Assembly (NCBI RefSeq): GCF_001644705.1
Contig: NZ_CP015137.1
Span: 3,000,001-3,032,000, forward strand
DNA: 32,000 nucleotides
Origin: Dickeya solani IPO 2222
GTDB taxonomy: Bacteria; Pseudomonadota; Gammaproteobacteria; Enterobacterales; Enterobacteriaceae
Reading direction: 5' to 3'
Shown: positions 1 through 9,292 of the stretch, one piece after another
Position numbering within the stretch: position 1 is the stretch's first letter
Layout of the letters: each line of letters begins with the position of its first letter
The notes under the pieces: model-generated
Databases searched by the model: none
Told to the model about the DNA's origin: nothing
The model's input: the letters and a program-made list of their open reading frames with translations, nothing else
Program-made: the position numbers and the translations under genes

Positions 1-1241
1 GTTCGGTGTTCACCGGCGACATTCCGGCGTCGCTGGATGAGGGCATTACCGTCAAAGGCGTGCGCGTCGAGGTGCTCAACGTGCTGGGGGCGGGCGATGC
101 CTTCATGTCCGGCCTGCTGCGCGGTTATTTGAGCGGCGAGGGTTGGGAAAAAGCCTGTGCCTACGCCAACGCCTGCGGCGCGCTGGTGGTGTCTCGCCAC
201 GGCTGTGCGCCGGCGATGCCGAGCCGCATCGAACTGGATAACTATCTGGCGCGCGCCCATGCGGTGCCGCGTCCGGATCTGGACCCGGAGCTGAACCATT
301 TACATCGCGTCACCACCCGCCGTCAGCGCTGGGAAGAGCTGTGCGTGATTGCCTTTGATCACCGCATTCAACTGGAGGAAATGGCGTTGGCCTGCGGCGC
401 TGAACGCAGCCGGATCCCGGCGCTCAAGCAGTTGATCCTTAAGGCCAGCCAGCAGGCGGCGCAGCAGGCCGGGCTGCTGGGTGATGCCGGGTCGCCCGGA
501 AAAGCCGGATTAGCGGCCGGCAGAGCTGGATTAGCGTCCGGCAGAGCCGGATTAACGCCCGGCAAAGCCGGATTATTGTGCGACGGCACTTTCGGGCAGG
601 ACGCGCTTAACGCCATTACCGGGCAGGGTTGGTGGATCGGCCGTCCGATCGAATTGCCTGGCTCGCGCCCGCTGGCGCTGGAGCACGGCAACATCGGTTC
701 GCAACTGGTGAGCTGGCCGCTGGAGCACATCGTGAAGTGTCTGGTGTTCTTCCATCCGGAAGATGACAGCCCGTTGCGGCTGGCGCAGGAACGGCAGGTG
801 ACCGAGGTCTATCGCGCCTGTTGTCAGTCCGGCCATGAGCTGCTGCTGGAGGTGATCCTGCCCGCCGATATGCCGCGCAGCGACGATCTGTATCTGCGGG
901 CGATCCAGCGTTTCTACAATCTTGGCATTCGGCCCGACTGGTGGAAACTGCCGCCGCTGTCCGCCGACGGCTGGCAACGGCTGGAACACCTGCTGGCCGA
1001 GCGCGATCCCTATTGCCGCGGTGTGGTGATCCTCGGGCTGGATGCGCCGATCGAGACATTACGTCAGGGGTTCAACGCCGCCGCCGGTCAATCGGTGGTG
1101 AAAGGGTTTGCGGTGGGGCGCACGCTGTTTGCGCAGCCGGCACAGCAGTGGCTGCGCGGCGACATCAACGACGAACAGTTGATCGCCGACGTCAAAAATA
1201 ACTACCTGCAGCTGATCGCCTTGTGGCGTCAACGCGGCTAA
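1..1241 (+). CDS. iolC: Bifunctional IolC-type 5-dehydro-2-deoxygluconokinase with a C-terminal DUF2090/aldolase-like domain; the 5' end lies outside the window
   Basis: The frame is open from the window edge to TAA at 1239-1241. It carries the PfkB kinase C-terminal signature (VLNVLGAGDAFMSGLL, ANACGALVVSRHGC), followed by a second domain of ~300 aa (IAFDHRIQ ... VKGFAVGRTLF). It lies directly upstream of iolE and iolB. Confidence 0.8.
   Translation, partial: SVFTGDIPASLDEGITVKGVRVEVLNVLGAGDAFMSGLLRGYLSGEGWEKACAYANACGALVVSRHGCAPAMPSRIELDNYLARAHAVPRPDLDPELNHLHRVTTRRQRWEELCVIAFDHRIQLEEMALACGAERSRIPALKQLILKASQQAAQQAGLLGDAGSPGKAGLAAGRAGLASGRAGLTPGKAGLLCDGTFGQDALNAITGQGWWIGRPIELPGSRPLALEHGNIGSQLVSWPLEHIVKCLVFFHPEDDSPLRLAQERQVTEVYRACCQSGHELLLEVILPADMPRSDDLYLRAIQRFYNLGIRPDWWKLPPLSADGWQRLEHLLAERDPYCRGVVILGLDAPIETLRQGFNAAAGQSVVKGFAVGRTLFAQPAQQWLRGDINDEQLIADVKNNYLQLIALWRQRG
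496..579 (+). repeat. Four in-frame tandem copies of a 21-bp unit (CCGGCARAGCCGGATTAGCGN) inside iolC
   Basis: Units at 496-516, 517-537, 538-558 and 559-579 were read directly from the sequence. They translate to PGKAGLAAGRAGLASGRAGLTPGKAGLL, between the kinase domain and the C-terminal domain. Confidence 0.9.
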
Positions 1242-1267
1242 ATCCATTTAATGAGAGGGAATCGAGA

Positions 1268-2158
1268 ATGACTGTTCAACTGGGTATCAATCCGCTGACC
1301 TGGACCAATGACGACCTGCCCTCGCTGGGCGCGGAAACCTCGCTGGAAACCTGCCTGAGCGAAGGGCGTCAGGCCGGTTTCGCCGGGTTCGAACTGGGCA
1401 ACAAGTTCCCGCGCCAGTCCGGCGTGCTGGGGCCGATTCTGAAGAAACACGGGCTGAGTCTGGTTTCCGGCTGGTATTCCGGCCAGTTGCTGACCTGTTC
1501 GGTGAAAGACGAGATCGCCGCGGTGCAGGATCACCTCAACCTGCTGCGTGAGCTGGGCTCCACCGTGCTGGTGTTCGCCGAAGTCACCGGCGCGGTGCAT
1601 GGCGAGCAGCGCACGCCGGTGCATCTGCGCCCGCGTTTTCCGGCGGCGCGCTGGCAGGAATACGGCGACAAGCTCAGCGAATTCGCCCGCTATACCGAGC
1701 AGCAGGGCGTGCAAATCGCCTATCACCACCATATGGGCACCGTGATTGAAACCGCCGACGACGTAGACCAACTGATGACCCACACCGGGCCGGAAGTGGG
1801 CCTGTTGTTGGATACCGGCCATCTCACCTTTGCCGGCGCCGACCCGCTGGCGGTGGCGCAGCGCTGGGTGCAACGCATCAACCATGTGCACTGCAAAGAC
1901 ATTCGGCCCGAGGTGCTGAAAGAGGTGAAGAACCGCAAGACCAGCTTCCTTGATGCGGTGCTGAACGGCGTGTTCACCGTGCCGGGCGACGGCTGCGTCG
2001 ATTACCCGTCGCTGTTCCGGTTGCTGAAAGCCCATGATTATCGGGGCTGGCTGGTGGTGGAAGCCGAACAGGACCCGGCGGTGGCGCATCCGCTGACTTA
2101 CGCCACTTTGGGATTTAATAATCTGCAGCGGTTTGCCCGCGATGCGGGTCTGATCTAA
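1268..2158 (+). CDS. iolE: Inosose dehydratase (myo-inosose-2 dehydratase)
   Basis: ATG at 1268 is preceded by GAGAGGGA. The N-terminus MTVQLGINPLTWTNDDLPSLG and the xylose-isomerase-like TIM barrel pattern are typical of IolE. It sits between iolC and iolB. Confidence 0.85.
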   Translation: MTVQLGINPLTWTNDDLPSLGAETSLETCLSEGRQAGFAGFELGNKFPRQSGVLGPILKKHGLSLVSGWYSGQLLTCSVKDEIAAVQDHLNLLRELGSTVLVFAEVTGAVHGEQRTPVHLRPRFPAARWQEYGDKLSEFARYTEQQGVQIAYHHHMGTVIETADDVDQLMTHTGPEVGLLLDTGHLTFAGADPLAVAQRWVQRINHVHCKDIRPEVLKEVKNRKTSFLDAVLNGVFTVPGDGCVDYPSLFRLLKAHDYRGWLVVEAEQDPAVAHPLTYATLGFNNLQRFARDAGLI

Positions 2159-2182
2159 CTGTTGCAGGCAGGGAGGTGGGCG

Positions 2183-3010
2183 ATGTCTGAATTACTGTCC
2201 CGTTATCATGCGCCGGATAAGCAGGGCCGCATCCAGCAGATTACCCCGGCTCGCGTGGGCTGGCGTCATGTCGGGTTTGAGGTTTACCAGTTGTCGACCG
2301 GCGCGACGCTGGCGCTGCCGGCGGTGGCCGAGGAGCGCTGTCTGGTGTTGGTGGGCGGCCGGGCGACGGTGGCGACGCCGCAGGCGCGGTTTGAGCATAT
2401 CGGCGATCGCATGAATCCGTTCGAGCGCAAGAAGCCTTGGGCGGTGTACGTTTCGCCGGGGGAAACGGTGACCATCACCGCCGATACGCCGCTGGAGCTG
2501 GCGGTTTGCGCTGCGCCGGGATGGAGCAACCATCCCACCCGGTTGATCGCCCCACCGGATATCGGCGCGGAAGCGCGCGGTGCCGGGTGCAACCGCCGTT
2601 TCGTGCACAACATCCTGCCGGAGGACAAGGTGGCGGACAGCCTGCTGGTGGTGGAGGTCTACACCGACGAAGGCTGCACCAGTTCTTACCCCAGTCACAA
2701 GCACGACGTGGACAACCCGCCGCAGGAAACGTATCTGGAAGAAACCTACTATCACCGGCTCAACCCGCCGCAAGGGTTCTGCCTGCAACGGGTTTACACC
2801 GAGGATCGCGCGCTGGACGAGTGCATGGCGGTGTATGACCGGGACGTGGTGATGGTGCCGCGCGGTTATCATCCGGTGGCGACGCTGGCGGGGTACGACG
2901 GCTACTACCTCAACGTGATGGCCGGGCCGGTGCGTCAGTGGCGTTTTAGCTGGGAGCAGGACCACCAGTGGGTGAACAGCGCGGAATACGCCGCACGGCA
3001 TAGTGGATAG
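2183..3010 (+). CDS. iolB: 5-deoxy-glucuronate isomerase
   Basis: ATG at 2183 is preceded by GGGAGGTGG. The protein (MSELLSRYHAP ... SYPSHKHD ... MVPRGYHPV) is cupin-like and IolB-like. It is the last gene of the iolC-E-B run. Confidence 0.85.
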   Translation: MSELLSRYHAPDKQGRIQQITPARVGWRHVGFEVYQLSTGATLALPAVAEERCLVLVGGRATVATPQARFEHIGDRMNPFERKKPWAVYVSPGETVTITADTPLELAVCAAPGWSNHPTRLIAPPDIGAEARGAGCNRRFVHNILPEDKVADSLLVVEVYTDEGCTSSYPSHKHDVDNPPQETYLEETYYHRLNPPQGFCLQRVYTEDRALDECMAVYDRDVVMVPRGYHPVATLAGYDGYYLNVMAGPVRQWRFSWEQDHQWVNSAEYAARHSG

Positions 3011-3151
3011 AGCGCTACGCATGAGGCTTTAACATGGGTTGTTAACCCAAACCGTCATGTTCTCTCGTGAACGGTGACGTCTGCCTGGGCGGTGAATGGT
3101 TTCGTGCGGGATAAACGGTGTAATTTCTTTGCAATTTCATCGCACGCACGA

Positions 3152-3181
3152 CAAGGAGAGGCTCAGCGCCGCCTCTCCTTG
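3152..3181. other. Strong 11-bp GC-rich hairpin in the iolB/mltB convergent spacer
   Basis: CAAGGAGAGGC (3152-3162) pairs with GCCTCTCCTTG (3171-3181) across an 8-nt loop. There is no flanking T-run on either strand, so its function as a terminator is uncertain. Confidence 0.5.
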
Positions 3182-3198
3182 ACCACTGGCTGGAGGCT

Positions 3199-3334
3199 AA
3201 ACTATGCCGCTTCGCGGTCCCTTCGGCGTTCGCCTTCGCTGTTCGGACCGCCCGTGACGCGTTCCAGACGCGGCACGGGCTTGCGCGGCTTCCCTGCCGC
3301 GCATCCGGCGAAGTCGAGCGCCTCAGCATAGTTT
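3199..3334. repeat. GC-rich imperfect palindromic element of ~136 bp (REP/MITE-like)
   Basis: It has a 9-bp terminal inverted repeat, AAACTATGC (3199-3207) and GCATAGTTT (3326-3334). A central hairpin pairs GCCCGTGACGCG (3250-3261) with CGCGGCACGGGC (3269-3280) with one mismatch. Confidence 0.6.
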
Positions 3335-3396
3335 TTAACGCCAGTAAAACCCTCATCCGCATGTGCTAATGTGTTTGTTAGCAATCTGAACTCGGC

Positions 3397-4500
3397 TTAA
3401 TACCCCATTCTCGCTTTTCTGACTTCTTCCCCCAACTGCCACACCGCCATCGCGTAATGCACGCTGTTGTTGTAGCGGGTAATCGCGTAGAAATTCGGCA
3501 GGCCGTACCAGTACTGGTAGTAGCTACCCATGTCGAGGCGCAGCAGGCTGGCTTCCTGCACACCGCCTAATGAGGCGGTCGGGCGTAGCCCGGCGGCCGC
3601 CAGCGTCGACAGCGAATAGCGGGTCTTGAAGCCGGTTTCCAGCGCGAAGGCCTGGCCGTTGGCGGTCACCGCCACCTGTCCGTTAGGCTGCCAGCCGTTT
3701 GATTTGAAGTAGTTGGCGACGCTGCCGATGGCGTCTACCGGGTCCCACAGGTTGGGAATGCCGTCGCCGTTGAAATCCACCGCGTATTTCTTGAATGCGG
3801 ACGGCATGAACTGGCCGTAGCCCATCGCGCCGGCAAAGGAGCCGCGCAGCGACAGCGGGTCAAAGCCGTCTTCCCGCGCCATCAGCAGAAAATACTCCAG
3901 CTCGCTTTGGAAGTACTCGGCGCGGCGTGGGTAGGCGAAGGCCAGCGTCGCCAGCGCATCCAGAATACGGGTTTTGCCCATCACCCGGCCCCAACGGGTT
4001 TCCACCCCGATAATACCGACGATGATCTCCGGCGGTACGCCGTAGACCTGCTGGGCGCGATCCAACGCGTCCTGATACTGGTTCCAGAACGCCACGCCGT
4101 TCTGCACGTTATCCGGGGTGATGAACTGTTTGCGATAGCGCAACCAGGCACCATTGGGAATGTTGGAGGGGGTTGCCGTTGACGGCGACGGCGCCTGTTT
4201 GTCCATCAGCCGGATCACCCAGTCCAGCCGCTGCGCCTGTGCCAGCACATCGTGCAGTTGCTGGCGTTCGAAGCCATACTGCCGCGCCATTTTGTCGACG
4301 AAACGGTCCACTTCCGGGCTGTTGGCGAAATCGCCGCTGGTCAGCAGACCGCCGGCGTGGGCAGGGGATAACAGAAAGCCGCCGGATGGAGCGTTGGCGG
4401 CGGGCGTACCGATAATTTCAGCCCCAGCGGGCTCAGCGGATTTATTGCTGCAGGCGGACAGCGCCAGCAACAGCGGAAAAACAGCAACCAGGCGACGCAT
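3397..4500 (-). CDS. mltB: Membrane-bound lytic murein transglycosylase B (lipoprotein)
   Basis: ATG at 4500 gives MRRLVAVFPLLLALSAC, which contains a lipobox. There are long collinear matches to E. coli MltB as I remember it (GAWLRYRKQFITPDNVQNGV, VPPEIIVGIIGVETRWGRVMGKTRILDALATL, GSFAGAMGYGQFMPS, LPNFYAITRYN). Confidence 0.9.
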   Translation of the reverse strand: MRRLVAVFPLLLALSACSNKSAEPAGAEIIGTPAANAPSGGFLLSPAHAGGLLTSGDFANSPEVDRFVDKMARQYGFERQQLHDVLAQAQRLDWVIRLMDKQAPSPSTATPSNIPNGAWLRYRKQFITPDNVQNGVAFWNQYQDALDRAQQVYGVPPEIIVGIIGVETRWGRVMGKTRILDALATLAFAYPRRAEYFQSELEYFLLMAREDGFDPLSLRGSFAGAMGYGQFMPSAFKKYAVDFNGDGIPNLWDPVDAIGSVANYFKSNGWQPNGQVAVTANGQAFALETGFKTRYSLSTLAAAGLRPTASLGGVQEASLLRLDMGSYYQYWYGLPNFYAITRYNNSVHYAMAVWQLGEEVRKARMGY

Positions 4501-4602
4501 CAGATATCCATATAATTCGGTCAAAAACAACGTGGCGGCCATGGTAGCGCAACGTCCATAGGGAAAAAACCGAATTGTGGGTCCGATTGACGGCATCGGC
4601 GA

Positions 4603-5526
4603 TTATGCTTCCAACTGCTGTTCCTGCTCCATAATCTGAATCAGGTGGCTGGTAAACGCGGAGACCGCTTTCGGCAGCGTGCGGCCTGCCAGCGTGTTCA
4701 GTTCGATGTTGAGTCCGTTTAGATCCTGACCGGTAATCGGCACCGCCACCATATCGTGATCCTTCAGGTATTGACGCACCACCAGCTCGGTGGAGATGAC
4801 TACGCCGTCGCAGTAACGGGCGAACGCTAGCAAAGCGCTGATGGAGGTGGTTTCAAACGCCGGATCGATCAGCAACCCCTGGCGGCTGCAGCAGGCGTCG
4901 AACAGCCGCCGGGTCAGGATGTGGCGAACCGGTACGCCAAGCGGATAACCCGCCAGTTGCGACAGGCGCAGGCTCGATTTCTCTGCCAGCGGATGGTGGC
5001 GCTGCATCACCGCCACCAGCGGCGAGTGCAGCCGGTAGGCGACATGAATATTGGCGGTCGGTACCTGACTGAACGTCAGCCCGATGTCGCTTTCGCCCTC
5101 ATTCAGCCGGCGCGCCACTTCTTCGGCCGTCGCCACCAGTAACTGAAAGCGAATATAGGGGTAATGCTGGCGAAACGAGGCGATCGCCATCGGAATAAAA
5201 TCCAGGCTAAATCCCGCCGTGGACACAATGCGTACGTCGCCGCGGCGCAAACCCTGCAGTTCCCGGATTTCCTGCGTCACTTGCTCGGTTTCCAACTGAT
5301 TGCGAAAGGCGTAGGCCGCCAGCAGTTCTCCGGCGGCGGTGGGGGTCATACCGCTTTTCCGCCGCTCAAACAGTATGGTGTTGAGCCGGTCTTCCAGCCC
5401 GCTGACCTGGCGACTGATGGCGGAACCTGCCACGTTGAGTCGCAAGGCGGCTTCACTAATGGAACCACAACGCACCACTTCCAGAAAATAGCGCAGGGCG
5501 GTGTCCTGCAGATAACGTGCGGTCAT
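4603..5526 (-). CDS. LysR-family transcriptional regulator
   Basis: The N-terminal wHTH (LRYFLEVVRCGSISEAALRLNVAGSAISRQVSGLEDRL) is followed by a substrate-binding-like C-terminal domain. It is divergent from the MFS/enolase operon. Confidence 0.85.
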   Translation of the reverse strand: MTARYLQDTALRYFLEVVRCGSISEAALRLNVAGSAISRQVSGLEDRLNTILFERRKSGMTPTAAGELLAAYAFRNQLETEQVTQEIRELQGLRRGDVRIVSTAGFSLDFIPMAIASFRQHYPYIRFQLLVATAEEVARRLNEGESDIGLTFSQVPTANIHVAYRLHSPLVAVMQRHHPLAEKSSLRLSQLAGYPLGVPVRHILTRRLFDACCSRQGLLIDPAFETTSISALLAFARYCDGVVISTELVVRQYLKDHDMVAVPITGQDLNGLNIELNTLAGRTLPKAVSAFTSHLIQIMEQEQQLEA

Positions 5527-5549
5527 GCGATTCCCTCAATGATTGAAGT

Positions 5550-5564
5550 TTGCCATTTCGGCAA
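5550..5564. promoter_or_regulatory. Candidate LysR-type box (interrupted dyad TTGCC-N5-GGCAA) in the divergent promoter region
   Basis: TTGCCATTTCGGCAA was read at 5550-5564, 24-38 bp upstream of the LysR start codon. It resembles the T-N11-A style dyads used by LysR regulators. Confidence 0.35.
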
Positions 5565-5706
5565 TGAGGTGGTGAAAAAGTTGAAATAGCAGTATGGATG
5601 GCGGGTGTCTAGTATGCAATCAGGAGGTGTTATCGGCACAGGAAAAGGCGTCGCAGAACGCACTGGCTTCAGACAATGAAAACATCACACGGGGGAATCG
5701 GGACAG

Positions 5707-6921
5707 ATGGAGTATTACACGAGAAAAAAATCATATTGGGTGCTGTTCCTGCTTTATATCGGCTGGTGCGTGGCTTTTATCGATCGCGTGGTGCTGAGTA
5801 TGGGATCGACGCAGATGGCGAAAGAGCTGTCGCTGTCGCCCAGCGAGGTTGGGCTGGTGCTGAGCGCTTTTTATTTCGGCTTCTGGTTGATGCAGTTGCC
5901 CGGCGGCTGGCTGGCGGATCGCTTTGGCGCCAGGGTGGTGGTGGCGATGGCGATCGCCATGTGGTCGCTGTTTACGTTCCTGACCGGTATCGCCTGGTCG
6001 TTGACGGCGTTACTGGTGATTCGCTTTCTGTTTGGGGTGGGGGAAGGCGCCTATCCTTCCGCTTCCGTCAAGAATGCGGCGGAGCAGTTCCCACCGAGTG
6101 ATAAGCCGCGCATGACCTCGCTGCTGATGTCTTCCAACTATGTGGGCAGCATGATTGCGCCGTTGCTGATCGCCCCGCTGATCCTGGCGTTGGGCTGGCG
6201 TCATGCGTTCATGGTGATTGGTCTGTTCGGTATCGCTTTCGTGCTGATCTATACCCTGACCGTCAGCGCCAGGCCGGCATGGGTGTCCGATGAACCGGAA
6301 CGCCTGAGCGGTGCGGAGTGGCGCGACGTGATGAAAAATCCGCTGTTATGGCGGCTGGCGGCGGTTTGGTTCGGCCTGAGCCTGATCAACAAGGGGCTGG
6401 ACTCCTGGATGCCGATTTACCTGATGACCGAACGCCATCTGGACCTGAAAGCGGTGGGGGTATTGTTGCCGATTCCTTACGTGATGGCCGGGGTGGCGAC
6501 CGCCTGCGGCGGCTGGGTGATGACCCGTTTTTTTGATGGCCGCGAGCGGGTGATGCTGATGGGGTGCGCCTCGCTGACCGCCCTGTTCCTGTATCTGATG
6601 TACAGCGCGTCGACCATTACCGCCGTGGTGATAGCGCAGTCCTGCGCCTACTTTTTCAAATCGTTCGTACTGGCGATCGCCGTGGCGCTGCCGACCAAGG
6701 TGCTGGCTTCACGCATGGTGGGGTCCGGCATCGGGGTGATCAACGTTGGCGGTCAGGCGGCCGGGTTTATCGCGCCACTGGTCATTGGCGCGATGGTGGA
6801 GTATTTCGGCTATCCCTCGGCGTTTTTGTTTCTCATGGCGGCAGCCGCGTTCTCGGCGGTGGTGAGCCTGACTATTCATACGCGCCCGTCGGCGAAAACC
6901 GACATGGCAGCGCAGGTTTGA
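5707..6921 (+). CDS. MFS transporter (anion:cation symporter-like)
   Basis: The protein is 404 aa with about 12 hydrophobic segments and the MFS loop motif GGWLADRFGAR. Confidence 0.8.
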   Translation: MEYYTRKKSYWVLFLLYIGWCVAFIDRVVLSMGSTQMAKELSLSPSEVGLVLSAFYFGFWLMQLPGGWLADRFGARVVVAMAIAMWSLFTFLTGIAWSLTALLVIRFLFGVGEGAYPSASVKNAAEQFPPSDKPRMTSLLMSSNYVGSMIAPLLIAPLILALGWRHAFMVIGLFGIAFVLIYTLTVSARPAWVSDEPERLSGAEWRDVMKNPLLWRLAAVWFGLSLINKGLDSWMPIYLMTERHLDLKAVGVLLPIPYVMAGVATACGGWVMTRFFDGRERVMLMGCASLTALFLYLMYSASTITAVVIAQSCAYFFKSFVLAIAVALPTKVLASRMVGSGIGVINVGGQAAGFIAPLVIGAMVEYFGYPSAFLFLMAAAAFSAVVSLTIHTRPSAKTDMAAQV

Positions 6922-6948
6922 CGTTAAACGTGTTGTGAAGGACAGAGG

Positions 6949-8061
6949 ATGAAAATAGACAAAATTGTATTGCGTCAGATGAAAATGACGCTGAAAACCC
7001 CGTTTACCACCAGCTTTGCCACTCAGACGGAAAAGTACTTCACCGTAGTGGAAGCGCATAGCGGCGATGTGGTGGGCTACGGCGACTGTTCGGCGATTTC
7101 ACTACCGTTTTACAACGAGGAAACCAACGTTACCGCCTGGCACATCATGCGCGATTTTCTGGTGCCGATGCTGCGTCAGGTCGGCGAGATTCGCCATCCT
7201 TCCGAGGTGCGCGACATTTTTGCGCCGGTGCGCCGCAACAATTGCGCCAAAGCGGCGGTGGAGGGCGCGGTATGGGACGCCTACACCAGGCAGAAGCAGA
7301 CGCCGCTGTGGCGCGAGCTGGGCGGCGTGCGCGATCGGGTCGAAGCGGGCGTAAGCATCGGTATTCAGCCGACGCCGGCGGATTTGGTGCGTGTGGTGGC
7401 GGGCTACCGGGAGGAAGGCTACCGCCGTATCAAGATTAAGATCAAGCCGGGTAAGGATCTGGCCTATATTCAGGCGCTGCGCAGCGAATTCGGCGACATT
7501 ACCCTGATGGTGGACGCCAACTCCGCCTACTCGCTGGGCGATATTCCGCTGTTCCGTGAGTTCGACAAATACAACCTGCTGATGATCGAACAACCGCTGG
7601 CGCACGACGATATCGTCGATCACCGCAAGTTGCAGGCGGCGATTGAGACACCCATCTGCCTGGATGAGAGCATTGCTTCGGTGGAAGATGCCCGCAAAGC
7701 CATTGAGCTGGGCAGCGGCCGCATCATCAATATCAAGGTGGCTCGGGTAGGCGGCATCACCGAAACCAAATTGATCCACGATTTCTGTCAGGATGCCGGT
7801 GTTCCGGTATGGTGTGGCGGCATGCTGGATACCGCGGTAGGTAAGGCGCACAACATTGCGGTCGCGACGCTGCCCAATTTCCTGCTGGCGCATGACATTC
7901 CGCCGTCATCACGCTACTGGGCGCAGGACTTCATGCTGCCGGAAGTGACGCTGGACCAGGACAGCATGGTGGCGGTGCCGGACAAGCCGGGCATCGGTTT
8001 TGAGATCAATCCGGAACTTTATGCCCGTTATTGCTACGGTGAGGAAACCATCCACTTTTAA
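6949..8061 (+). CDS. Enolase-superfamily enzyme of the o-succinylbenzoate synthase / N-acylamino-acid racemase type
   Basis: The expected catalytic pattern is present in order: KxK (RRIKIKIKPG), metal ligands in MVDAN, MIEQP and CLDES, and the second Lys in INIKVARVGG. Confidence 0.8.
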   Translation: MKIDKIVLRQMKMTLKTPFTTSFATQTEKYFTVVEAHSGDVVGYGDCSAISLPFYNEETNVTAWHIMRDFLVPMLRQVGEIRHPSEVRDIFAPVRRNNCAKAAVEGAVWDAYTRQKQTPLWRELGGVRDRVEAGVSIGIQPTPADLVRVVAGYREEGYRRIKIKIKPGKDLAYIQALRSEFGDITLMVDANSAYSLGDIPLFREFDKYNLLMIEQPLAHDDIVDHRKLQAAIETPICLDESIASVEDARKAIELGSGRIINIKVARVGGITETKLIHDFCQDAGVPVWCGGMLDTAVGKAHNIAVATLPNFLLAHDIPPSSRYWAQDFMLPEVTLDQDSMVAVPDKPGIGFEINPELYARYCYGEETIHF

Positions 8062-8212
8062 TTACCGGGGAAAGCGGCTGCGGCAGCTCGCTACCGCGCT
8101 ACAGTCGCCAATAACTGTGCCACCGTCGCCAATAGAGATGTTCCGATTACCGGCGTCGGATAACGGCAGGCGATGCGTTCGCCCGGATGTGGTGAAAAAC
8201 CTTCTGGAATAT

Positions 8213-8228
8213 TGTGATGTTTATCACG
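8213..8228. promoter_or_regulatory. Near-consensus CRP-type site TGTGA-N6-TCACG
   Basis: TGTGATGTTTATCACG was read at 8213-8228, about 80 nt upstream of the 8308 start codon. It is followed by a 9-bp-stem hairpin (CCCGGTATG at 8248-8256 pairing with CATACCGGG at 8272-8280) in the leader. Confidence 0.4.
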
Positions 8229-8307
8229 AAAATATCCGGACTGAGAGCCCGGTATGCGCCCGTTGACGGCACATACCGGGACAGATTCACCCGTGCAGGG
8301 ACATTAC

Positions 8308-9240
8308 ATGAACGTGATTGGAATCATCATGTCATCGGGGAAGGCCTCCGTTGACGTTGCGCTGTATACACTGTTGCCGATTATGGTCGTGATGCTGGTC
8401 ATCATGCGGTTTCTGGAAGCGAAAGGCATCGTGGATGCGCTGGTTCGGTGGATGGCGCCGATTCTTAAGCCCTTCGGGCTAACCGGGATGAGCACCTTTG
8501 CGCTGATTCAGCTCAACTTTGTCAGTTTTGCCGCGCCGCTGGCGACGCTGTCGATTATGGAAAAACGCGGCGTGTCCGATCGCCACATGGCGGCGACGCT
8601 GGCGATGGTGTTTGCGATGGGGCAGGGCAACGTATTTTATCCGTTGACGCCGTTTGGCCTGCACTGGGCGGCGGCCATCGTGATATCGATCATCGGCGGA
8701 CTGGCGGCGGCTGCGCTGACCTACCATGTGCTGGGGCGTAAATTATCCGCCGTGGAGGGCGGGCGTTCCGGCGAGGTTTCTGCCGAAGAGCCGGCGGCCA
8801 GAGGCGTTATCGGTATCATTAATAGCGCAGGGGCGGATGCCATCAGGCTGGCGCTCGGATCGGTGCCGATGCTGATTCTCTCTATGACGATTGTCGGCAT
8901 ACTGGAATCCGCCGGTGCGGTGACGGCGCTTGAGCGCTTTTTCTCGCCGTTGCTGGCGTCGGCCAATATCTCTCCTGTCTTTGTGATGCCGACGCTGGTG
9001 AAATGTCTGGCGGGCGGCACCGCTTATTTTGGCGTGATGTCAGACCTGATTCAGCAGGGAAAAATGACCGCCAGTCAGATCAATGCTTCCGCCGGTCTGC
9101 TGATACAGACCTTTGATTTACCGGGCATTGGCATCTTTCTGGGCGTTGGCTCCCGCTTCACCCGACTGTTCCGCTACGCCGCGCTGGGGGCTGTGTTCGG
9201 CATTCTGGTCAGAACCCTGTTGCACGTGGCGGTGTTTTAG
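8308..9240 (+). CDS. Nucleoside-recognition (Gate) domain-like integral membrane protein
   Basis: ATG at 8308 gives MNVIGIIMSSGKASVDVALYTLLPIMVV... The protein is polytopic and hydrophobic, with a SpmA/SpmB- or YjiH-like N-terminal pattern. The assignment is from motif memory only. Confidence 0.55.
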   Translation: MNVIGIIMSSGKASVDVALYTLLPIMVVMLVIMRFLEAKGIVDALVRWMAPILKPFGLTGMSTFALIQLNFVSFAAPLATLSIMEKRGVSDRHMAATLAMVFAMGQGNVFYPLTPFGLHWAAAIVISIIGGLAAAALTYHVLGRKLSAVEGGRSGEVSAEEPAARGVIGIINSAGADAIRLALGSVPMLILSMTIVGILESAGAVTALERFFSPLLASANISPVFVMPTLVKCLAGGTAYFGVMSDLIQQGKMTASQINASAGLLIQTFDLPGIGIFLGVGSRFTRLFRYAALGAVFGILVRTLLHVAVF

Positions 9241-9292
9241 GCGGCGTCGCGCATCATTGCGGGACACCACCTGGGATCAGGTGACGGTGTTA

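Noticed and set aside
1238-3022. Long minus-strand ORFs opposite iolE and iolB (1238-2089, 2192-3022), with similar ones opposite iolC, the enolase gene (7102-7893), the MFS gene and mltB
   Set aside because: These are antisense shadows of well-supported genes in GC-rich DNA. Their translations are Arg/His/Gln-rich and show no family features.
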